Source: Paraglomus brasilianum (Eukaryota). From it: a stretch of DNA of 64,000 nt. The notes beneath the pieces are model-generated. The model did not search any database, was not told the origin of the DNA, and worked only from the letters and a program-made list of their open reading frames with translations. Below are positions 11,459 to 22,232 of this stretch, one piece after another. The position numbers and the translations under genes are program-made. The stretch lies in assembly GCA_910592345.1 (NCBI GenBank), contig CAJVPI010000012.1:1-64000 (forward strand), given 5' to 3'. Every line of letters begins with the position of its first letter. Within the stretch, counting starts at the first letter, position 1.

Positions 11459-14315
11459 TAAAAAAAAAGTTACAAATTTCTCTCAAAAACGTCTTGTTAG
11501 CAAATTTAGAAAACACGAAAGTAAACATGAATTGGTCCAATGTTGAATAACAACGATAGTAACAGGCTCTTGTTCTTGGAGAACATCAGGACATCGAAAT
11601 CAACGTTTGATATTTAACTCATTGACTATCACTATTAGATGAACACGTTGAAAACTAAAATTATCTTTTGCTAATTACAAATTAGCCAGTCATTGTAAAG
11701 TATATATTCTTTTCCCTTACCTTCAGCAATATCCATTAGGTGGTTCACCAACCTTGTGAAAATCGCTATCGACTCCAATCAACACGAACATGGCACTGTT
11801 TTCAATGCCACGCTAATAATCCGGCGCTATATGCTGAAATTATGCCGAGTCCATGTAGCTAGCGAGCTCTATGTTGGGAGAAAATTATTTGTAGCTGTCA
11901 ATGAATAACAAATAAAATTAGAAAATGGTACAGTACAAACATACTAATGGCGACAACGGTTATTATAATATACCTTACGTAGACCCGTACGTTTTTTCTT
12001 TCGCCGTAAATTGTCGCTGGGTACAAAGTGCATCCATTTTCTTCTGTCAGTATCCTTCAAATTCTATTAGTAGACGTGTAAAATGAATACCAATGGCGAC
12101 AACGATTGATTGTGACATCAGGCAAGTAAGTATATTGTTTGTTCCATAAAATAGATATGAAACATTAGGACGAAATTATCACAATTGCACGCATAGTTAA
12201 TAATAAATCGATTAAATTTGCATAGCCTTATTCAACGATTCATTCTATATGCCAATACGAACAGTAATACTAGTAGTATACGGTACGGTATTGATATAGT
12301 TAATACTCAATCACTAAATCAAATACGATAATAAAATGGCAGTAAATGCTTACATGGACTCTCGTTAAGACGCTTCAAAGATAAAAAGTCTCAGATCTGT
12401 GAATCAAAAATGAGACCTAGAAGGTTTACGCGTATTCGTTTATAATCCATATTAACGAATAGAATCTTCTTTCATCGATTTTCAACGACTACTATAACAA
12501 ACAGACTGGTATGTGAATAGCACTTTTTCGTAACTTTGTTTGCATTCGGTTAATGGTTCGTAAAAGATACCTCAATACGCCCGCTTGCAAGACATTTTTT
12601 ATAAAAGTCTGTTACTTGATGTATAATTGAATTGCTCCAAGTTCTTTAGCTTGCAATACAGAGGGTGGGTTTGAGCTCATTTTCATACGGTCACTCGCTC
12701 CTGCCATTTTTGTAGGTTACCCGATCTTTATTGTACAATATGAAATTCTTCCCGCTGGTTCTCATAACTCTATAGACCATGGGAAAAGTTTCTTCGGAAT
12801 ACAAGCCGTCAACCGAGGATGTTGGAAAAAGGTAACTCGCACATACTTAAACGTCTACTGAATCTGTTGCTTATTATTATGTTACCCGGACGCCAATTTT
12901 ATTATATACGACATGTTGATGTTAAATATACAAGTATCGCTCACCATGGTACTTATTGGTTTGTTACACAAGATACTTGTAAAGTACCAAGGTACAGCGT
13001 TTATGCCTTTGATTAGTATGTCCCCCATACACATTCCTAAAACCCCTCGACTTCTTCGGCAGCCGGCTCATAATAATAATGCTCTCCTTCAAATATCTAC
13101 AAGAAACCATCTTTTCTTGTTGGATTAATCAATGTAATGTTATGTTAGTATCATCTAATCTCTCACCAACTCATCATCCAAACATTCGGGTGCGCCCCCG
13201 ACAAGTCCCCTTCCCCCATCAATTTCATCCCACGCCTTTTTTTACCAATCGGAAACTGTACACAAGAGGTTCACCTGCAGCAGTCAACTGTAAGTAATCG
13301 TTAGAGCATACTCATTTCCGGATATATCCCCATTCATTATTATATCGTAAGACTTCATATTATTCAGTAGACATTTGATAAATGTGCAGTGTCAAAAAAA
13401 GACTCTGAGTCTACTAAGTTGCAACGCCGAGTCTTCTTGGTTGACAGTACGTACTGCAGTACTTTTTGTAACAACTTTTCTGTGCAAACAAACGTCTCTT
13501 TGAGGAACATTCCCGAGTACAATTTTGTCGTCACATCGCGTGTGGCTTGCATGCACTAATACTAATTCGTAACGAGTGGGCATTGATAATCATAACAGGA
13601 ATTACCATTGTGAAATAGAGACACTGTGATTGGATCCTTTTTCTTCTGGGTACATTGATATACTACAGCGGGGGGAGGGTATAAGTAGAGTACTACGCAA
13701 AGTACAATATTAATAATAACAACTAAAATTTATAGGTTTTAGTATACAGTTGTAATGTATTTTCGTCATTTTAATGAATAAACAGTCCCAACTGAAAGTC
13801 GGTTACCGCTTGAATACAATTAATTGCAAATATGCTAGCATACACAAGTTATCGGCGTAGCCCGAAATATCTACAAATTAAATATATTGTCCGTGGTGCT
13901 AACGTTGACAATTACGGAAGAGAAGAACGCATTGTCGTAGAGGAGGAGAAGCTACGATTTGTTCAAACATACGGTATGGGCATTAATTATTAGCAACTTA
14001 ATACTTATAGCGTAATGTTGTTCTTTATTTAGTCACGCTTGAAAGATAGAGTATTTTGTCTAGGTAATATGTATGAACAAGGTTTTTGTTCTTGACTATA
14101 TAGATGGCACATATGTCTGCCCCTGTAAATATATCCGATTACGTTAATCCGTACGTTCTTGTAAGTGTAATTAAAGAACCAAAGTCTCAAAAAAGCAACC
14201 ACGAGTTTGACTACTTCATAATACTACTTTTTTTTATGGTTGATCGAACATTTGCGACTTAGTAATTGCTACTGTAAAAAAGGCTAATCCTCATGCCGTA
14301 CAGATAAACTTTCGC

Positions 14316-15122
14316 CTAATAACTCGGTTCAAATTGTCTACTACTGCCATCGAACCACAAATTGTTGACGTAGCCATAATTATCGTACGGAAGTAAATAT
14401 ACTGGATCCATTTCTATGTAATTTGGTTCGTCAAAATAGACCAATCCTTCTGGGGGCAATTCCACCTCCACCTTTACGTCTTCACCCATTTCGCAAGTGG
14501 GGCTTTCCACTTCCACTTTTACGTCCTCCTCCTTATTATCATTCTTCACATCATCGTTCTCTTGCCACTCTCTAAACCCATCAAAGAAAATAAATCCCCC
14601 GCCCCCTTCGCTTTTGCATTTGTTTTGCTTCTTCGTCTTCTTCTCCCGAGGCTCGTATTTATAATTGGGATACTTCTTCCGATGTACTATTCTCGCCAAT
14701 TCGGCAAGTATCTTGAAGAACTGCTTAACACGCGGCTCTTCGTTCTCCCAGCGTGTCTTTGCTTCTTTTGAATAAATCTTTAACGTATCCCTTGTACGAC
14801 GGGAGCGCCGCACGGCTTTGTTGTTCGGTTTAGTTATAGACGATGCTGCTTCTTCCTCTTCCTCCTGTTTTATCGGCGCTTCTTCTTCCAATTTCTTGGC
14901 TGCATCTAGGTTCCTTCTATACATGATCCATTCGTTATTGGATCGTGGTATGCGATTAGAGTTTCTCTGTCGACGTGAGCGCCGCGTTGGGTCTATGAGC
15001 TCCTGAAGCGGAAGTGCCAGCCTCAGTGGAGGGTTGTGAAGAAGGTACTGTATTTCGTCGGAGAGAATATTTTTTTCCGTAATAAACAAGTGAGTTTGTT
15101 CATCAAACAGTTTGGATGACAT
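14316..15122 (-). CDS. MATA-type HMG-box transcription factor, intron-less
   Basis: RIPRSNNEWIMYRR ... SKEAKTRWENEEPRVKQFFKILAELARIVHRKKYPNYKYEPR, plus the N-terminal PP..L.L.ELI.P motif seen in AM-fungal HMG expansions. Confidence 0.92.
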   Translation of the reverse strand: MSSKLFDEQTHLFITEKNILSDEIQYLLHNPPLRLALPLQELIDPTRRSRRQRNSNRIPRSNNEWIMYRRNLDAAKKLEEEAPIKQEEEEEAASSITKPNNKAVRRSRRTRDTLKIYSKEAKTRWENEEPRVKQFFKILAELARIVHRKKYPNYKYEPREKKTKKQNKCKSEGGGGFIFFDGFREWQENDDVKNDNKEEDVKVEVESPTCEMGEDVKVEVELPPEGLVYFDEPNYIEMDPVYLLPYDNYGYVNNLWFDGSSRQFEPSY

Positions 15123-15243
15123 TTTAATAGAGTATAAATTAGAGAAGTACAGGGGAAAGTATTTGTGTTTGCTAATAGGTTCTATCGCAAGAGGGATAGT
15201 TTTTTTTGTTTGATATTTCTCTCACCGATCCGATATCGTTGCC

Positions 15244-15251
15244 TTTATATA
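15244..15251 (-). promoter_or_regulatory. candidate TATA box of the HMG gene
   Basis: TATATAAA on the minus strand about 125 bp upstream of the ATG at 15122. Confidence 0.4.
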
Positions 15252-15652
15252 CGCATCGGATTACGTCTCCCATTGACATTATGATCAAATCTGATCTGTT
15301 ACACTTATAACCATTAATTCCTAAAATTAGGCTAATTACTTTGGCATTATAATCATATATCGCTATTGTTATAGCATTGTCGGAGCAACCTTGCGTATAT
15401 CCCTATCGTTACATTCTTAGTTTATAAGAGCAGACAAAGACAAACAGTTGAAAAATATTGTATCCTGTGTAAATATTTATGTTTACTGGGGTTCAATTTT
15501 TTAGTCTCGAGCATGAGTGTGTGTTTCAGAAACCTGTAACAAAGGCAATAGCGCCATAAATATTGCAATAAAGAATAATACCATACGGACAAACGCATTA
15601 TTATTGTTCTTGAGCTTTCTATTATTAGAACGGATATTCAACCCTATAATAT

Positions 15653-15767
15653 CAGTTATCCCATCCTATATAGTCACAACCTCCTTATAGTCACGCGCTT
15701 TTTTGGAGCAGTCACACTCCTCTATCATCACTGACTTAGAGCGTGACTATAAGGGGGGAGGCTACGG
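15653..15767. mobile_element. degenerate MITE related to the 4032-4172 element
   Basis: Shares ctatatagtcacaacctc..tata and gcgtgactata.aggggg with the 4.0-kb MITE. Confidence 0.55.
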
Positions 15768-18700
15768 TCTCGTGACTTCCGGGAGTTCTGAAATTAAAAT
15801 TACTTGTGGCACACAAAACTTTTGATGATTACGTCATACATAAAATATTGATTCTTTGTTAAGCCATTGGAACTAATCAGTCTAAAGTTGTCACTCGCTG
15901 CACTTGCTGTCTCGAGCTATCATCAAGTCACGCCATCAACAAAGAACTTGACAATCTGTTAGGCATAAAAATAGTATATTATTTATTTTTATTTATTTAT
16001 TATTTATTTATTTATAATTTGCTTAAATGGATCCCCTGAGGTTAAGGTACCACAACATACATATCCGTGGGTATAAATCACGGGACAGCAAAAAAATTTG
16101 TAACCTGTTTAAGTTTAATTATTATCATGCAAGTAATTACTCCCTGAAATGTCTTTATCATTATTGGTGCAACTGTATTCGCAATCTAGAATAAATCCAT
16201 CGATAACGCCATTTTTAATCACGTATTTCCACATGCAGTCGGTCTGTGTCATAAGTAATCGACAAAATTAAACGGTGTAATAACGGGTAGAGTTTACAGT
16301 AAAAAAGCTATCGCTAAAGCGTAATACTAAAAGCTAATACTAAAACCGTTTACTAGTGCAAACAAAGTTATAAATTATGCTGTACGCAAAACTGCACGAA
16401 ATGACTATATAAACTCAACATATATCCCGAATATACCATGTATGTATGCCTGAGCTATACACCGGGTATACACGTGGTAAACTCAAATACGTTTCGATGT
16501 TTAATATCTTTTGATCTGTGCACGCTATTCTTTGTCTCCGTAAAGCATGGTAATTTTGTTTCTTATTATAGTCAGATAGGCATTGCTATTTCTGCTGACA
16601 TACGCAAATTAGATGTGACTCCATTAAATCTTTAATAGCCTTTACCTGTAAAATTAGCCATACTACCGAACTTGCAGATTATCTAAACAAAAGTCTCTAT
16701 GCATAAAATATAGGTAGGCACATGTAACAATTGTTGGACAACGCGATAAACGGCCATCGAATTAGCCCTTGCATAATTTATTCTTGTTGACCCAAACTGC
16801 TCACAAACGAATCTTATGTCGGAGATCATTCTGTGTGATGGCATGACAGGGTGCATAAAACTTTGTCCGTGAGATAATAATCACGTTCAATATAAATTCA
16901 GTCTATCAGGCGTAGAATAAGTATCTGGTGATCAACAGCCTTCTTACACTGCATGAATGTATTCTATTCCGGCATATTTGGCCTTGTTGGCCAAAATTAG
17001 ACAATGAACTTTGCAATTGACACGAAAAGAAGTTTAGTATTTGGCGCTTATTAAGAAGGCGTGTTTTGTTACACGTTTAGTGTATTGGCTTGACTTTGTC
17101 ATATTCATAGTTTTCCTTATGTTAGATATGTACAAAAAAATTTTCGATACTTGGTCTTACCAAATAAGTGTACGGGGTTATTCAGTTGCAATACGATTAT
17201 CAGAAAGAATGTTAGACGCAGCATACAGCAAAAGTGGCCGAAATTATTATACTATATTCGCGGAATTTCCTACGTAGTAATAATAGTACTAATACTTGTA
17301 ATTTTATAGAACCCAAATATAGCTTAATTGCCGACTTTTTTATCAACTTTTTGTAGCAAAATATCTTTATGCTCTTGTTACTATCATTACATCACAGATG
17401 TCTCGCGTTTAAGCCATTTACCAAGTTTTTGAGCGCAAACAAGCATTACGCCTTTTAATACTTTTGACCTTAAACTTGTGTGGGGTACTAAAACGTTTGT
17501 CGATGCTATGCAAAAATAGAGCTGATTAATCGTTCGCAACGTTTCAGGAATGAATTTTATTTCGCCGTTCTCGATAAACTATTTTTTGAAAAATCCAACC
17601 AAACAAAATGAGCCACAAACGACAGCGATAATACTGTACGTTTACGTCTCGGTAGGAATGTCGGGAGCCAACTCGGGTTCGCAGGAGACAAGCACTATCT
17701 CAACGCACGATTTAAAGTTGGATTTTCATACATTCAACGAATAGATATGAAAGCATTCGTGTGAAGCAGTGACGTAAAAACTTTGCCAAAGTCGATAACT
17801 TTATCAACACTGACCCTCATATTTACTACCACAGAAAATGGCTAGTCAAGTAAGTGTTTCCCGTATAAGCTTTATGCAAATAGTATAGTGCCAAAAGTAT
17901 TTTCAAACGCTATGGACAAAAAATGTTCAGATGTCATGTTTTACTATAACAATGCTACTCTACATAAGTCAGCAAGTATCCTCAAAAGTAACAGATAACA
18001 CTCCTTTTAATAATGTAGGGTTATTCAGACAGACTATCTCAAAAGTTGACTATGAAAGTTCTTCCAGAGTTGGCAGGATTGTCTGCAAAATTGCACATAT
18101 GTATGGGGGCTACTTTGAGGAAATCAAATAGTTTTTTAAATAGTTGTATTTAGAATCATCAAAATAAAGAATTGAGAACAAATCTTTTCAGCACTTCCAC
18201 GTATTCTAGAGTAAACTTGCCGTTCCAAACAAAGTATGCATAGGTTCGATAACATAAGTCACAAATTAGTTGTTAGTTATTGTATGCAAAACTGTACCAG
18301 TATTCCAAACCCAAAAGTATAATGGATAAGAGACGACCGCTGAGACATGTATTTGACCGATTTTCAGTATACAAACTGATACTAAAACTCTAAAAAGCCG
18401 TTAGCTTTATTAAAAGCTCCAAATCCCTTAATATTAAGACGACGGGCCATTCTTATTATTATTGTAGTCCTGTAAAGTATTACGCTTTAACTACTTTTGA
18501 ACGCGTTCGCCCTTGCAATTATTCACAGTTTTGTTAATTAAGGTGTTCGTCCAACTTCCATAGATTATGAACATAATTTAAAATTACAATATCATTTTCG
18601 AAATAGTCAGACGCGTCGAAAGTCTATATTAGTAATATACAGTAGACAAATGTGAAACGCCTTTGTAAGTTCATCAAAGTGAGACAGCATGGAAATTTTT

Positions 18701-19282
18701 TGTGCTACTATATGTTACAACCCCTTGTCTCAAGAATTTATAATTTCGTCCATTCCTATTTGAAATTCTCAAACAAATTCCGAACCAAAAGCATATGGTG
18801 TGCAAACATCACCCCGAAGGTTATAATTACAACCTGTTTATCAGAAATATAGACCAGTTTGTCTGGAACAATTCCATTATTGAGACCATGAATTGGAATT
18901 TACACAAAAATCCCTTGTCAATCGAATAGGAATTTTTTTATTTTTGGAAGTCATTGTCTGCCGTATTACTGTTGTACCTCAGTTGGAGTTCTGGACCGAT
19001 TCTGGACCAAGCGTCTGGGTTTGGAACTGAGACAATTGAGTTCTAGACTGATTGAGGTTCTGAACTGAGACAGGTCCCCAACTCAGACACAACATTTTTA
19101 CTATGCACGGAACAATACTGTTTGAATGTACGTGTCGAAAACAATGATGGAAGTACATTATTTCTATAAAGCCGCAGTTCAGCGAAGTCACAGTATATAT
19201 GGGGCATGCTGCAACAAAACCAGACAAAGACTATGTGAGTTAAAATGGTTGGTGTGGCCGAAAAATTAGCCAGTGACTGATA

Positions 19283-19309
19283 ACAGTTTTGCTTTAGTGG
19301 CAAAACTGT
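19283..19309 (+). terminator. terminator-like hairpin at the left edge of the code-4 island
   Basis: acagttttgc-tttagtg-gcaaaactgt: 10-bp perfect stem with 7-nt loop, starting at a TAA that ends a short code-4-compatible frame. No clear U-tail. Confidence 0.3.
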
Positions 19310-19457
19310 GGTTAAGACATAAATTTGGAGACTATCTTATAGCAAATACGACTGAAATTTAACTTTATTTTAATTAAAACTGCACAGATAATTATGAAAA
19401 ATTAGGATTATATCTATATAAAAATATTAATATGAAACTCATTTACATTAATTCACC

Positions 19458-19790
19458 ATGGAACCAAAGAATTACAGTACAATTAGAAGTATTTTAAAGA
19501 AAGCTCAAGGAGAAAAAATTGCTACATATATTTTTAAAATCAATGATACCAAAATCCTCGAGAAATATCTAGATAAACTTATGAAATCTATCAAGAAGAA
19601 CGAAAAATAAAAAAATATATTAACAACAACTTATGATGAACCAAGAAAGAAACGGAAATATAAAGCAAAGAATTTAAATAATTATTTTCTTTTTATCAGG
19701 AGTATTATTTGACGAATAGCAAGAGCAATATTAGTATCAGAATTCTATATTCTAATCTCATATAATTTACTTATTTTTTTGAAAAATAAA
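19458..19790 (+). pseudogene. decayed small AT-rich ORF with a hydrophobic C-terminal segment, code-4 compatible
   Basis: MEPKNYSTIRSILKKAQGEKIATYIFK..., then in shifted frames YINNNL(TGA)(TGA)TKKETE and IIIFFLSGVLF. Confidence 0.35.
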
Positions 19791-20396
19791 AGTCTGAAAT
19801 TTTTCCTTAGCTTTTTCTTTCTGTTTTTTAGGTAAAGCTGGTAATTCTTTGGTTGCTAAATAATCTCTTCTGCCTATTTCTTGATCTTTATTTAACAAAC
19901 TGTTTTCTAATCACTTTATTCGATCTATAAGCCTGCCTATTTCAGCATTGTGCTTTAACACTGTTTCAGGCATTTGGCGCTTTCTTCGCCTCACAGCTGC
20001 ATTCCAGTGCTTTCTCGCTCAATTTCCACTTCATTTTTTAACTTGCTTCTAATTCTTCTTTTTCTCAGTAAGTAAAACTAAAACTTTTTGTGCTTCCTTA
20101 CCGAAACTTTTAACAGTATTTTCCGGAGTAAATCCCTCATTAAAAATAACTTTTCCAATTTCAAGTCCATTCTTTTCTGGGTAGCTTACTCAACCCTTGT
20201 CAGGTCAAGTAAATCTTTCTAAAGTTCTTAAAGTAGTACCAGTATATTCTGAACTTTCAGTAAGGCTGTGAACAGCATTTCAAATTCTTAGTTTAAAGTT
20301 CTCTTCTTTATCTGCTAATTGTTTCTTTAACTTTTCATTTTCTTCTAATGATTCTTTATTTCTCTGTTCGAGTTCTGTTATTATTATGTTTGCCAT
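19767..20396 (-). pseudogene. MRE-like hypothetical protein (code 4), frameshifted
   Basis: From ATG 20396, 115 codons run to TAG at 20049-20051 with three TGA and no TAA/TAG (..FKLRI*NAVHS..ERFT*PDKG*VSYPEK..). The shifted C-terminus reads RIK*LENS..KELPALPKKQKEKAKEKFQ. Confidence 0.65.
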
Positions 20397-20591
20397 GCTT
20401 TTCTTTTTTATTTTTAATGCACTTATACCCTTTTTATGAGAGTATATTAAGTATATAATTATTTTAATATTTCTTTTTATTTAAGTTTTAAAAATTAAAA
20501 GCGGGAAAGCTAGCAATATTCACTGAAAAATTAGATAAAGAACTTAATGACAACGAGAAAATTAACGAGCATTGAAATGATGGAGAGGATT

Positions 20592-22232
20592 TTAGTCTAA
20601 ATTGCCAGTATAGGTTGGTCTTTGACAAGTAATATCCTTGAATTCATCTCTAACAAATGGGCGGGTATTATGATAAAGATATTCTTACCTTTTACAATCC
20701 AAAGGAGGAGGAGTTAGTACGAGGATGGAAAAGAATTTAATTTCTTAGTAATTTCAGAAACACTTGCTTTTCTAGTTTTTAACAAATTAAATTTAGTATA
20801 AGCACCATTAGCAATCAGCTGAGCTTTGACAACTCCAGGTTGAGCTGCTTCAAATAGAAAATGCTGATATTTTTGTAAACCATTCAATTTCTTAAAGAAA
20901 ATTCCCAACACAGAATTAAGATCTAAGTATTGAAAGCCTTTTCCATTGTCGTAGCACTGAGCTTTGTTTAATCCTGCTGTACTTGATTTTTTCATAACGA
21001 TCCACGCAATCTACTGTTGTCTTTCTATAGAGTTTTTTAATCAATCCATCACACTTGAATTTAGTATGTCCGGGTACCATGAAATTCAATGGTTTCATAA
21101 TAACCACAAATTATTAAATACAGGTAAAATCAAATGGTAGCATTATTTTTATTCTGACCACCCGCGTTATCGCAGGTTTAAATTTTTTTCGCCTTTATTC
21201 AATCTCTTAATTCCATCGAATACCATGCTCAGCGTTTGCCATTAGGACCTTTGCCGATAACATCAAGAACGTAATTAATTTGTTCGCGTACTGCTTTATC
21301 TTGAATACTTGTTGGTCGAATGGGGCACGTAAACGTTTTGCGCTCAATCGTAACTGTAACAATAATTAGCTTTACCTCTTGTTATAAAATGCTCATCTAC
21401 CAATTTCCTCTGCTGTTCTGCTAATTTCGTATTTTTGTTGTGATAATTTCTCTCTAATTTAACCTTAACTAAATGTTCTTTGAATTTTTTCAGTAAGTCT
21501 CTCGCTTCTTCTTTCTTACGAGCATTATACTGTAAGCCACTCCGAAAATGTTGGCACGTGTCACATAAATCCGTTCGTGGACTCATAATTTGAATATAAG
21601 GTGTTAATTGGTACCATAACTTGCGGAATGCATCATATTTTAACAATTCTAAACTGCTATCGTTTTTGATACCTGCAATAAAATTACGATAAACCGATTT
21701 GTAACTCGTTTTAGCTGGTAAAAGCGTAAGCAATTGAGTAATGCGATTAACATTTCTACCAGGACTTGGTAACCCATGAATTTCAGCATGGTTTTCGAGA
21801 AAATTTTTTACGGCGATAGCAACGGTTATATCAACGGCACTTTTTTTACATTACCATGAACGCGCGGTATTATACCATTCGTCGCTAGGTAATTTCTGAC
21901 GTTTTCGAAATGGGTACGACCAATTCCTAACATATTTTGATACGTTTTCTGACAAAGAGGCGCATTGCAATCTCAGTAGTAAAACGTTCTTTATTAGTAC
22001 GCGCTTTCTTTTTAAGACGTCGGCTGGTAGTTATTTCTCCACCATTCATTGCTTTCAGCTGGGCCATTAAAAATATACCTTGTTCGGATCTAGAGAGAGC
22101 TTGGAACGCCTCACGTAATTCGGCAAACCTTTCTCTCGGCACCTTTTCTGAGCAACCACATTTGCAACCTAATTCCAAGAAACGTATAGCTTTTTCATAT
22201 TCAGTCGAACCATTATAATTGTAATTTTCCAT
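20592..22232 (-). pseudogene. Sola-like DDD transposase, intron-less, TGA at predicted Trp sites, several frameshifts and deletions
   Basis: Motifs CKCGC, PRVHGN, FLENHAEIHGLPSPGR, FRKLW..PRTDLCDTC, SYD(TGA)AQNV, GKGPN, CDNAGGQNKNNATI(TGA)FYL, FMVPGHTKFKCDG, YQHFLF and RPFV..EFKDITC. Confidence 0.7.

Noticed and set aside
13215..13335. pogo DDE remnant (W.KKAWDEI on the minus strand)
   Set aside because: Only one short motif, interrupted by stops.
14316..15122. HMG gene as a Mucorales-type sexP/sexM locus
   Set aside because: No flanking triose-phosphate transporter or RNA helicase gene is in the window, and MATA-HMG genes are highly expanded in AM fungi.
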